33,251 nucleotides of DNA from an uncultured beta proteobacterium. Its GTDB lineage: Bacteria; Pseudomonadota; Gammaproteobacteria; Burkholderiales; Burkholderiaceae_C. Location of the stretch: assembly GCA_903928325.1 (NCBI GenBank), contig CAIYQF010000289.1, positions 1-33,251 on the forward strand, read 5' to 3'. The notes beneath the pieces were generated by a model. That model saw only the letters and a list, made by a program, of their open reading frames with translations, made no database searches and was not told the DNA's origin. Numbering within the stretch: the first letter of the stretch is position 1; every line of letters begins with the position of its first letter. This document shows positions 1 through 9,016 of this stretch, piece after piece. A program made the position numbers and the translations under genes.

Positions 1-2376
1 GCGCAAGTCAGCAGCGGGCTGAGTACCAAGCAACTGGCTGCGATTGAAACCAGCGACTTTGCTGCATTAGGCATTTCCGCCATTGCAGCGTTTACCACCG
101 CCCAAGCGCGTGCGCTGACTACGAACCAGATCGCGGCATTGACCACCTCCCAGGTAATGGCGCTCACCAGTGCACAGATCTCGGGACTTTCCACGGCCAG
201 CCTCAATGCGCTGACTACCGCCCAGTTTGCGTCGCTGCGTACAACGCACATCGCTGCAATGACCACTGCGCAAATCGAGGCCCTTGAGTCCGAAGACCTT
301 GTCTCGCTCACCAGCGCACAGGTCATGGCAATCACCACTGCGGCCATTGCCGTCTTGGGTACCGCGCAAATCGTAGCCTTAACCACGGCACAGGTCGCAG
401 CCCTGAGTGCAGCGCAAATCAGCAAAGGCTTGGGTACTACACAACTGGCTGCCATGGAAACCAGTGACATCGCTGCGTTAAGCACCTCTGCTATCGCCGC
501 ACTCACAACGGCACAAACCGTCCAGGGTCTTGGAACCAGCCAATTGAGAGCGCTAACTACCGAACAAATAGCGGCCCTAAGCAAGGCCGTTGTTAAGGCA
601 CTAACAACGGAGCAAATCAGTTTGGGGCTGAACACGGCGCAGTGGGCGGCGCTCAGCACAGGCAGCATCGCGGCGTTGACAACGACCCAAATCTCCCAAG
701 GCATGAGCACCGCGCAAGTCGTATCCCTAGGAACGGCCCAGGTTGCCAGTCTGACTACGGCCCAGATTAGCCTGGGGCTGAGCACCGAGCAAGTTGCGGC
801 AATGGAGACCCGCGACATTGCAGCTTTGAGCACCGCCCAGATTGCCCAGGGTTTGACGACCGACCAGATCGTTGCATTGACTACAGCGCAAGTTGCACGG
901 GGTCTGGTATCAAGCCAAGTAGCGGCAATGACCAGCGCGCAAATTGCCGCAATGCAAATCGAGGATATCGCGGTCTTAAGCACTGCCGCCATTGCCGCCC
1001 TGACCACCGCCCAAGTAGCCCTAGGTCTGAGCACAAGCCAGGTGGCTGCGCTGACAACGGCGCAAATAGCTGCGCTGAGCACGGCATCGGTTGGCGCACT
1101 GACTACGGACCAAATCAGCCTGGGTCTGAGCACCGCACAGGTGGTTGCGCTGACCACCGCGCAGATCAATTTAGGCCTGACGACCGATAGCGTTGTGGCC
1201 TTGAGCACCGCCCAAATCTCGGTGATGGAGACGCGCGACGTGGCTGCACTGACCACTGCCCAAGTCGCTGGCCTGACCACGGCCCAAATAGCCCAGGGTT
1301 TAACGACCGAACAGATCGCCGCCATGAGCACCGCGCAAGTCGTTGCAATGGGAACCCGTGACGTTGCAGTGCTAACCACCACCCAGGTCGCCGAGGGTTT
1401 GACAAGCGATCAAGTTAGTGGTTTGACCACCGCGCAACTCAGTGCACTGACGTCGGCGCAAGTTTGCGCAATGACAACCGACCAGGTGGCCGCCTTGTCT
1501 GAAGCGCAGGCCGCTCTGATCAGTACCAAAACGCCTATCGTGCTCGACCTCAGTGGCGACGGCATCAGCACCCTGAACATTGCTGCAGGCGTGCAGTTTG
1601 ACCTGGGGGCCACGGGAACAACCGAGCACACCGGCTGGGTCAGCAGCACCGACGGTTTGCTGGTAATGGACCGCAACCACGATGGCAGCATCAACGACGG
1701 CTCAGAACTGTTTGGCTCATCGACCACCCTGGCCGATGGCACCAAGGCGACAGATGGTTATGTGGCACTGGCTGAGTTGGACAGCAACCACGATGGCATC
1801 ATCAGCGCGGCTGACGCCGGGTTTGCTGATCTGCAGGTGTGGGTGGACGCGAACTCGGACGGTGTAAGCAGTGCCGGTGAGCTCAAATCGATGGCGTCCC
1901 TGGGAATTAGCAGCATCAGCCTGGCGACCCAGCAGACCGCGATTGCCGACAACGGCAACACCGTGGGGCTGACTGGCAGCTACCAAACGACCGATGGCGC
2001 CAGCCACGCGGCAGGCGACGTCTGGTTCCAGACTCTGGATACGGCTGCGGCGGCGCTGCCAGCGGCCAACCCGACTGACCTGGGCACGCGGGTGAGCAGC
2101 CTGGTGCAAGCCATGGGCCAATTCGACGCAGCGACCGGGGCCAGCAGCCTGCCGGGAAGCTTGACCCAGGCCGCATCGGCTACCATCCCTGCGGCGGCGG
2201 CTTTGGCTACTGTCAGTGTGGGCAGCATGGTTGATTTGCTCAAGCAATTTGACTCCAGCGGCAATGTTGTCCTGAATGCGTCCACCACCAGTGCGGCGCC
2301 AAGCACCAAGCTCAACGTACCTGCCTTGGGCAATGCGGTGACGAATGGCATCTTGGCCCTGGGCGGTAACAAATGA
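1..2376 (+). CDS. Large Thr/Ala/Gln-rich repeat surface/exoprotein (5'-truncated by the window) with a C-terminal Ca-binding-type module
   Basis: Frame 1 is open from base 1 (AQVSSGLSTKQLAAIETSDF...) to TGA 2374-2376. It has dozens of LTTAQ(I/V)AA-type repeats to ~1530, then TPIVLDLSGDG...DRNHDGSINDGSELFG...LDSNHDGII...WVDANSDG, as seen in RTX/hemolysin-type Ca-binding exoproteins. Confidence 0.85.
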   Translation, partial: AQVSSGLSTKQLAAIETSDFAALGISAIAAFTTAQARALTTNQIAALTTSQVMALTSAQISGLSTASLNALTTAQFASLRTTHIAAMTTAQIEALESEDLVSLTSAQVMAITTAAIAVLGTAQIVALTTAQVAALSAAQISKGLGTTQLAAMETSDIAALSTSAIAALTTAQTVQGLGTSQLRALTTEQIAALSKAVVKALTTEQISLGLNTAQWAALSTGSIAALTTTQISQGMSTAQVVSLGTAQVASLTTAQISLGLSTEQVAAMETRDIAALSTAQIAQGLTTDQIVALTTAQVARGLVSSQVAAMTSAQIAAMQIEDIAVLSTAAIAALTTAQVALGLSTSQVAALTTAQIAALSTASVGALTTDQISLGLSTAQVVALTTAQINLGLTTDSVVALSTAQISVMETRDVAALTTAQVAGLTTAQIAQGLTTEQIAAMSTAQVVAMGTRDVAVLTTTQVAEGLTSDQVSGLTTAQLSALTSAQVCAMTTDQVAALSEAQAALISTKTPIVLDLSGDGISTLNIAAGVQFDLGATGTTEHTGWVSSTDGLLVMDRNHDGSINDGSELFGSSTTLADGTKATDGYVALAELDSNHDGIISAADAGFADLQVWVDANSDGVSSAGELKSMASLGISSISLATQQTAIADNGNTVGLTGSYQTTDGASHAAGDVWFQTLDTAAAALPAANPTDLGTRVSSLVQAMGQFDAATGASSLPGSLTQAASATIPAAAALATVSVGSMVDLLKQFDSSGNVVLNASTTSAAPSTKLNVPALGNAVTNGILALGGNK

Positions 2377-2395
2377 GGTAGCAACTTTGGGTGCA

Positions 2396-4201
2396 ATGGG
2401 AAATGAGCGGTATGCAACAGCAGTGCGCCTTGCTTGGCAGGGCGCACTGGAATTTTCGGCTTTGCTGGAGACCGCCTCCGCACTAGAAAAGCAGCAACAG
2501 GCGCCGCTGGCAGCGGTCCTGTACCAAACCTGGGTGAACAAGACGACGTCGCCTTATGTGCACGCAGGCTATTTCAACTTGGGTGCGGTGCTGGGCAATG
2601 CGGGCGACCTGGCGGGCGCGGAAGAGGCTTACCGGGCGGCCATCAAGCTGGCACCGAATTTTTTGCAACCCCGCGTGAACCTGGGCTCTTTGTTGGAGCG
2701 CGCTGGCAAGCTAGACCAGGCGATTGCCGAATGGCGCTGGGTGGAGCAACACGCCAGTTTGGCCGTGCCAGACAACAGACCGCTGGTCCTGATGGCCGTG
2801 AACAACATGGGTCGGGTGCTGGAAATACAGAAGCAGTTTTACGAAGCCCTGTTCTTTTTGACCAAGAGCCTGGCTATCGAACCAGATCAGGATGAGGTGC
2901 TACACCATTGGGTTTACCTGCGCCAAAAACAATGCGCCTGGCCCATTTACGCCAAAGTGCCCAGGGTTAGCCAGGCGGCCATGGAGCGCGCCACCTCGGC
3001 CCTGGCCATGATCAGTATCTCGGACGACCCGCAGGCACAGCTGGACGCGGCCAAACGCTATGTGGCTAAAAAGGTGATTACCGACGTGCCCCGGCTGGCC
3101 AAGCCCAAGGGCTATGGTCACAAAAAGATTCGCATAGGCTACTGCTCTTCAGACTTTTCGCTGCACCCGGTTTCTATGCTGACCGTGGAGATGTTTGAGC
3201 TGCACGACCGCGAGCGCTTTGAGGTGTATGGCTATTGCTGGAGCCCGGAGGACGGATCGGCGCTGCGCAGCCGCGTGATGTCGGCCATGGACCACTTCAC
3301 CCGCATTGACACCCTGAGCGACCTGCAAGCCGCACAAAAAATACGCGCAGACGAAATTGACATCCTGATCGACCTGCAAGGCCAGACGGCGGGCGCACGT
3401 GCCAATATGCTGGCGTATAGGCCCGCACCTCTGCAAATCACCTACCTGGGCCAGCCTGCCACCACGGGCTTCCCCTTTATTGACTATGTGATTGCAGACC
3501 GGTTTTTGATACCCGAGGAGTCGGCCCAGTTTTACAGCGAAAAGCCGCTGTACATGCCCGATGTGTACCAGGTGAGCGACCGCAAGCGCGTGGCCGGGCC
3601 TAAGCCCACGCGACAAAGCTGCGGTTTGCCCGAAACCGGTTTTGTGTTTTGCTCTTTCAACAACAACTACAAGCTCACGCCAAGCATGTTCGACGTCTGG
3701 ATGTCCATACTGCACCGCGTGCCGGGCAGCGTGCTGTGGCTGCTGGCCGACAACCAGTGGGCCGAGGACAACCTGCGCCTGGAAGCGCAGGCGCGCGGCA
3801 TCGACGCATCGCGCATGGTGTTTGCGGGGCGTGTATCGCCAGAAAATTACCTGGCCCGCTACCTCATCGCGGATTTGTTTTTGGATAGCTTTCCTTTTAA
3901 CGCCGGTACCACGGCCAATGACGCGCTGTTTATGGCCCTGCCAGTGCTGACATGCTCGGGTCGGTCATTTGCATCGCGAATGGCGGGGGCGTTGCTAACG
4001 GCTGCAGGTTGCCCAGAGCTCATTACGGGTGATTTGGCGAGTTACGAGGAAAAGGCTGTCGGCTTGGCGACGGATGCCGCAACGATTTCAGAATTCAAAT
4101 CACGGTTGGCGGACGTGCGAACCAGTGGTGTGTTGTTCGACACTCCGCGATTTGTGAGAACGCTGGAGAGTCATATGCTCGCGCTGCTTCAGCCGAGCTA
4201 A
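2396..4201 (+). CDS. TPR-containing GT41 family glycosyltransferase (O-GlcNAc transferase/SPINDLY-like)
   Basis: N-terminal TPRs (YFNLGAVL...AEEAYRAAIKLAPNF; VNLGSLLERAG). Catalytic-region motifs IRIGYCSSDFSLHPV, DEIDILIDLQG, PAPLQITYLGQPATTG, FCSFNNNYKL and DLFLDSFPFNAGTTA. Start is probably ATG 2396 or TTG 2387 (GAGG at 2375-2378) rather than 2345. Confidence 0.9.
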   Translation: MGNERYATAVRLAWQGALEFSALLETASALEKQQQAPLAAVLYQTWVNKTTSPYVHAGYFNLGAVLGNAGDLAGAEEAYRAAIKLAPNFLQPRVNLGSLLERAGKLDQAIAEWRWVEQHASLAVPDNRPLVLMAVNNMGRVLEIQKQFYEALFFLTKSLAIEPDQDEVLHHWVYLRQKQCAWPIYAKVPRVSQAAMERATSALAMISISDDPQAQLDAAKRYVAKKVITDVPRLAKPKGYGHKKIRIGYCSSDFSLHPVSMLTVEMFELHDRERFEVYGYCWSPEDGSALRSRVMSAMDHFTRIDTLSDLQAAQKIRADEIDILIDLQGQTAGARANMLAYRPAPLQITYLGQPATTGFPFIDYVIADRFLIPEESAQFYSEKPLYMPDVYQVSDRKRVAGPKPTRQSCGLPETGFVFCSFNNNYKLTPSMFDVWMSILHRVPGSVLWLLADNQWAEDNLRLEAQARGIDASRMVFAGRVSPENYLARYLIADLFLDSFPFNAGTTANDALFMALPVLTCSGRSFASRMAGALLTAAGCPELITGDLASYEEKAVGLATDAATISEFKSRLADVRTSGVLFDTPRFVRTLESHMLALLQPS

Positions 4202-4914
4202 GGTGCGTGGCGCAATGGATCGCTAAGGGCGTTTGCCTTGGCATAGTTTTCCGGGGTGCCGATGTCTAGGAAGGTGGCATCGGTCTCGTAGCTGTAAATC
4301 TTTCCCACCAAGTGGTTCAGCACTTGGGTGCTGAAGTCAGTCACTTCGCGCAAATCCGAGCCCAAGCGCTGCAACAACTCGGCACCAAGAATGTACACCG
4401 CGCCATTAGCCAGATTGCCCGGCGGATGGGCTACTTTTTCATGAAAGCCCACTACGACCCCGCGCGCATCCAGTTCAACGATGCCGCAGGAGGAGGGCGC
4501 GTCGGTGCAAAAGGTCATCATGGTCATCACACATTCGGGTGGGCGACTGCGGTGCGCTTGCAAAAACGCTGAAAAGTCGGCCAAGCAATAGTTGTCGGCA
4601 TGGATTAACAAACCATCCGCGCCCGCGAAAAAATCCAAATTAGCGATTAGGGTGCCAGCGGTTCCGAGCAAATCGCGCTCATGCACCAGACTAATCTCTT
4701 CCCGATACGGACTGGCTTCGACAAACGCATTGACCTGGCCAGACAAATAATGGGTGTTGACCAAGAACGGCCCGATGCCGACTTGGGCTAGGCGCTGCAG
4801 CCAAATGGCCAATAGGGCCTGGCCATGGATGGGGACCAGGCACTTGGGTGTTGTGTCGGTGATCGGGCGCAAGCGTGTGCCCAAGCCTGCTGCCAAAAGA
4901 AGGGCCCGCATCAC
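4198..4914 (-). CDS. Sugar-1-phosphate nucleotidyltransferase (HddC/mannose-1-P guanylyltransferase-like)
   Basis: ALLLAAGLGTRLRPIT...PKCLVPI signature, LLGTAGTL, FHEK, ANGAVY and FLDIGTPENY. Confidence 0.88.
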   Translation of the reverse strand: MMRALLLAAGLGTRLRPITDTTPKCLVPIHGQALLAIWLQRLAQVGIGPFLVNTHYLSGQVNAFVEASPYREEISLVHERDLLGTAGTLIANLDFFAGADGLLIHADNYCLADFSAFLQAHRSRPPECVMTMMTFCTDAPSSCGIVELDARGVVVGFHEKVAHPPGNLANGAVYILGAELLQRLGSDLREVTDFSTQVLNHLVGKIYSYETDATFLDIGTPENYAKANALSDPLRHAP

Positions 4915-6338
4915 ATCAACTCGCGGACCAATTCCTCAGTGCGCAAGGGGGTGTTACCCACCCGGCCCACTTGGACCGCAGCAGCCAGAGAGCCCAGGCA
5001 CGCGGCTTCCCAAATGGTGCCGCCACAGGCCAGCGTCATGGCGCTGGCGATCAGCAAGGAATCGCCTGCACCTGCAACGTCTTTGGCTGCGCTGTTTAAG
5101 GCGCCTACCCGGTCGGTCAACCAACTATCGCCGGCGGCAGAGTCGGCGTGGACCAGCAGGCCCTCTTCGCCTAGCTTGAGCAAGACATTTTGGGCGCCAG
5201 ATTGCTGCCTCAGCTGTTCGGCCAACACCACCAAACCGTCTTCGCGGTTACGTGTACTGATACGGGCCTCGCGTTCGGTGGGGGTAATCAGGTTCATGCC
5301 CTTGAAGCGGCTGATATCGCCAACTTGCGAGGAGGACTGGCTGTCTGCGGCTACCATCACGCCGCGGCTCTTGGCCATTTCGACCAGCTGATCAACCAAA
5401 GGTTGGGGCAAGCAGCCGTAATTGAAATCGGAAAAAACCAGTAGGTCCGCTCCGTCTAATGCCTGGCCCATCACCTTGATGAACTTTTTTTGCAACGCTG
5501 CAGAAATTGCGCCTTGGTGCAAGTGGCTAACCCGCAGCAGGCTTTTCCCTTTGCTACGAAAGCGCTGTTTTAGGGTAGTGGGGCGGCTATCGTCGACTAG
5601 CAACTGCGCCTTGACACCTGCCGCAGCCAAACTTTCTACCGCGTAATCACGCGAGGCGTCTTTGCCTGTAACGGAAATGAATTGAACCGTAGCCCCAAGT
5701 CCTGCCGCATGCGCAGCAACGATTCCAGCACCACCGATAAAACGGGTTGAATCTATCGGCATCACCACGATCGTCGGATCTTCTTGCGACATGCCCAGAG
5801 GCTCGCAGGTGATGTATTCGTCGATGATTAAGTCGCCGATCACGCATACCTTGATCGTTGAGAATTGACGTAGTAATTCAATTAATCGGTCTGAATTTAG
5901 CTGATGTCGCAGCAGGTATTCGTGCGGCAAATTGATGGAGTGGGTATCTAAGAGCTGGAATTCCTTCTTAATGAGGTCCAGCGAAGAAAACGTTGTTTCC
6001 CCCGAACTAAACAGCAGGGTCCCACCGTATTCTTCAAGAATGGCCAATTCGGAGTTGTTGCCCAACTCGTGCTCTTTGCCTTTAACCACCACATCTGGCT
6101 TAAGACGCGAAATCAAGTCGACCAGTGGCTCATCAAAAATAAAGGCCTCGTCTACCCACGTGATGCTTTGCACACCCTCAAGCCGAAGCGCTTCCTGCAC
6201 ATGTGCAGCATTTCCGGCAATACGATCTGATTGAACGGCAACGATCAACCGATCGCCACAGTCCTTAGCGAAGCGCAATAGACGCAGATGCCCAGGGTGC
6301 AGCACATTAAACGATCCGTAGACGAAAACAGTTTTCAA
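4911..6338 (-). CDS. Bifunctional HldE/RfaE-like protein with an N-terminal cytidylyltransferase-fold domain and a C-terminal PfkB kinase domain
   Basis: N-terminus GSFNVLHPGHLRLL (HxGH) and KPDVVVKG. C-terminus VIGDLIIDEY, GGAGIVA, TTLKQR, FSDFNYG, LITPTEREA and DVAGAGDS. Likely start is TTG 6338 (GGGGGA upstream); the ORF track gives 6374. Confidence 0.88.
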   Translation of the reverse strand: MKTVFVYGSFNVLHPGHLRLLRFAKDCGDRLIVAVQSDRIAGNAAHVQEALRLEGVQSITWVDEAFIFDEPLVDLISRLKPDVVVKGKEHELGNNSELAILEEYGGTLLFSSGETTFSSLDLIKKEFQLLDTHSINLPHEYLLRHQLNSDRLIELLRQFSTIKVCVIGDLIIDEYITCEPLGMSQEDPTIVVMPIDSTRFIGGAGIVAAHAAGLGATVQFISVTGKDASRDYAVESLAAAGVKAQLLVDDSRPTTLKQRFRSKGKSLLRVSHLHQGAISAALQKKFIKVMGQALDGADLLVFSDFNYGCLPQPLVDQLVEMAKSRGVMVAADSQSSSQVGDISRFKGMNLITPTEREARISTRNREDGLVVLAEQLRQQSGAQNVLLKLGEEGLLVHADSAAGDSWLTDRVGALNSAAKDVAGAGDSLLIASAMTLACGGTIWEAACLGSLAAAVQVGRVGNTPLRTEELVRELM

Positions 6339-6414
6339 GAAATCCCCCGCGCAGGTATCAGTGTGGGCCGCCAAGCGGATCGGCAGATTATGGTCGATTG
6401 ATGCAAAGCGTCGA

Positions 6415-7539
6415 TTAGCGCTTCTTTCGAATCAAGCTCAGGTACTGCTGACCCCGCCCCCACCACTGCGGAAACTGCGATAAATCCATATCAGGATTTG
6501 CATTTTGTAACAAAGCGCATGATTCGCGAATCGCCCCAACGGTAATTGGTGCCTGTTTATCGATGTGAGAACATAACTCGTCCATCAGATCAAAAAATTC
6601 TTTCCATATTGATTCATTGCCGTGCTCAATCTCGCACATCAAGTCCCAGGATCTGGAGCCTAAGGCCTCCAACTTCTCTCCATAGGCCCGGGAATGCTCT
6701 GGGAAATCAAATCGGTAGTCCAGCAAGTTAAGGTTATTTTTATAGTAATTATCTAAAGCCAGCTCGTTAAACCGTCTGTCGTCGCCAATAATCTCCTTGT
6801 ACCAACGCCAGTCGGTCAAAAAACGTGGCGACGAGCCATAGACATCAAATTCTCTATCCAAACAAGAGACCACCTCCGGAATGCTCAGTAATCGCCGGTC
6901 ACGCATCGGCTGGACGATGCTATCCAAAATCCAGTCTTCGACCGGACGACTCATGCCGCGCAGGTGCTGAAGGTGTGGTTGAATATACGGCGTCAATTTG
7001 CGTGCTTGTTCGTGAACATCACCTGAAGCCTGAAAAAACCGATCACGGAATAAACGCCGGATGGTCTCGGACAGGTAAGAAATGCCATTGTTGGTTGAAA
7101 CGCACAAACATCCTCCATCAGCCACAAAGGATGCCACGTGGGTTAGTAATGGTAGGGGCCGACTTTGGTGCGGCAAGCAACCTTCCGCCCAGACGGTATC
7201 GAACTTCAAATCTGTAGTGAACATATCAAAGAGGGCGTGATGAACAGTGATCTGTACATCCGTGAACGAGGCTAACCGATCACGAGTTTCTTGCACACCC
7301 CTAAAATTACCATCTACAAGTTCATATTTTTGAGGTGACAGACTAGCTGTGTACAGTGCATTATGACCACTGCCTGGACCGAACTCTAGGATAGTTCTGC
7401 CCCGCATAAACGAAGGTACCAACCCCAATGAAAAATACAAGGATTCGCGACGCTGGTAGTGTTTATCAAGAATTCCAATATCCTGAGATACCGGAGAAAT
7501 ATTATGCTTTGAGTAAAAATCAGCGTGAGTTAGTGACAT
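6415..7539 (-). CDS. Class I SAM-dependent methyltransferase with C-terminal extension
   Basis: Motif I ILEFGPGSG, ELVDGN and FDTVWAEG; 374 aa. Confidence 0.75.
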   Translation of the reverse strand: MSLTHADFYSKHNISPVSQDIGILDKHYQRRESLYFSLGLVPSFMRGRTILEFGPGSGHNALYTASLSPQKYELVDGNFRGVQETRDRLASFTDVQITVHHALFDMFTTDLKFDTVWAEGCLPHQSRPLPLLTHVASFVADGGCLCVSTNNGISYLSETIRRLFRDRFFQASGDVHEQARKLTPYIQPHLQHLRGMSRPVEDWILDSIVQPMRDRRLLSIPEVVSCLDREFDVYGSSPRFLTDWRWYKEIIGDDRRFNELALDNYYKNNLNLLDYRFDFPEHSRAYGEKLEALGSRSWDLMCEIEHGNESIWKEFFDLMDELCSHIDKQAPITVGAIRESCALLQNANPDMDLSQFPQWWGRGQQYLSLIRKKR

Positions 7540-7586
7540 ACAATTATATTACCGTAATTAAAGAGTGTTGTTATGCATAAATTATT

Positions 7587-8321
7587 TTAAGTATATCGAT
7601 ATGATTTTTTAATTAAAAATTCTGAATTTGGAATGTATTTAAAATATTCACGGGCAAATTCATAGTAAGAAATCTCACATTCATCAAATAAATGGAATAC
7701 TCCAGTTTCACATTTTCTAATCAGCTCATCAATTCGGGTAACAACATGTTCCAACGGAATTGGAGCTAAGTTCAAGTCGACAAATGCCTCGATGGAGCGC
7801 CCCGCCTCAAGACTGGACTGCCATTTTGCTAGGATAGCCAGCCCAGGATGGGTAACTTTGGCTAATCTAAGAACCGCTGATTGGGGAAGTTCCAAGATGC
7901 ATCTCTCAGCTTCGGCCTTTTGACGACCATATTCGGTAACTGGACAGACTCGTTCGTACTCAAATCTATTTTTCAAACTATTGCCATCAAAAACTTGACT
8001 TGTGGAAAGTAGAAGAATATGACTTCCGCGAGAGCTCATAAGCTTAGCTAACTCTGTAGTTGCAAGCACATTGATGTTGCGTGCCATTACCGGATTATTT
8101 TCACAATCTGATAGTTTGGTAATTGCAGCGCAAAGTACGACAGCAGAGTAGCATTTTCCTTCAAGGCTTTGCCAAGTTTTTGACGATAAATCCAAATAGG
8201 GTCGTACTTCAGTGACTTGGTCTGTATTGCGCGTGCTCCATTCATGCAGAACGCCTTTTCTTACCCAGTAGGCTGATAGGGCGCTACCTATTAGACTGTC
8301 GCCGCCTACAATTAAATACAT
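7587..8321 (-). CDS. RmlD-like NDP-4-keto-sugar reductase (short form)
   Basis: LIVGGDSLIG, CAAIT...CENNP...NINV, LSTSQVFDG, YGRQKAEAE (YxxxK) and GVFHL...ISYYEFA. Confidence 0.8.
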   Translation of the reverse strand: MYLIVGGDSLIGSALSAYWVRKGVLHEWSTRNTDQVTEVRPYLDLSSKTWQSLEGKCYSAVVLCAAITKLSDCENNPVMARNINVLATTELAKLMSSRGSHILLLSTSQVFDGNSLKNRFEYERVCPVTEYGRQKAEAERCILELPQSAVLRLAKVTHPGLAILAKWQSSLEAGRSIEAFVDLNLAPIPLEHVVTRIDELIRKCETGVFHLFDECEISYYEFAREYFKYIPNSEFLIKKSYRYT

Positions 8322-9010
8322 TACCTCTTTCCCTTAGGGTTTACACACAATGCGAGAAGATAATGAGCCATCTTTGAAAACCCAGTGTGAACAACTTCGT
8401 CATTCATAGAAAAAAGAAAAACATGATCAAAATATTGCAATAGCAGGGCCTGAAGCGCTATCCCAGTTTTGCAGTTTACGTGTCCTTCGCGACTTCCCGG
8501 TGATGCGTACGCTTGGGACTCCAGACTGGGCATGCCAATAATAGCGCAACCACTTTTTTTCAAAGAAAGGCAAATGTTTTCAAGAAAAATACTTTCTAAC
8601 TCCGGACTTATATGCTCCAAAACGTCCAGAGAATAAACGGCATCCATTTCAACAGGCAATGGTGCTTTTAGAATGTCATGTGTTTTGGCTTCAGTTTGCC
8701 ATTGCTCACATGCTTGTTGGTTAAACTTTTCTATGAAATACGAATCATAGTCGGTGATAAGTAAGTTACCCACCGCCTGTCGGACAATACGCGATCCAAA
8801 TCCGTCGCCGCATCCAATTTCGGCAACTTGATCTTTTCCCGTAAGCATTTTCGCGACAAATTTGTACCGTGCTAAAGTGAAGACTAGCCGTTTTGGATCT
8901 TCAAACCACACGGCATTGTTCATTACGCCCAATGTTTGCAAGCCGATGCTCTGCTCTAGAGTAATCAGCGATTGATTGACGGGATCTTTGGTTTTAATGT
9001 GATTTTTCAC
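8321..9010 (-). CDS. Class I SAM-dependent methyltransferase
   Basis: LARYKFVAKML, VAEIGCGDGFGS and DAVYSLDVLEHI. Confidence 0.85.
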   Translation of the reverse strand: MKNHIKTKDPVNQSLITLEQSIGLQTLGVMNNAVWFEDPKRLVFTLARYKFVAKMLTGKDQVAEIGCGDGFGSRIVRQAVGNLLITDYDSYFIEKFNQQACEQWQTEAKTHDILKAPLPVEMDAVYSLDVLEHISPELESIFLENICLSLKKSGCAIIGMPSLESQAYASPGSREGHVNCKTGIALQALLLQYFDHVFLFSMNDEVVHTGFSKMAHYLLALCVNPKGKR

Positions 9011-9016
9011 AGGCGT

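Noticed and set aside
1-1530. Ice-nucleation or antifreeze protein, suggested by the 8-residue Thr-rich periodicity
   Set aside because: It lacks the AGYGSTxT/TxT Gly-Tyr pattern; the units look like amphipathic helices.
1-1530. CRISPR array or DNA tandem repeat
   Set aside because: The repeats are degenerate at synonymous positions and in frame, so they are protein repeats.
1717-2541. 274-aa minus-strand ORF and the many other antisense/shadow ORFs, for example 30619-31275 and 29021-29653
   Set aside because: They overlap well-supported genes, have no motifs, and are expected in GC-rich coding DNA.
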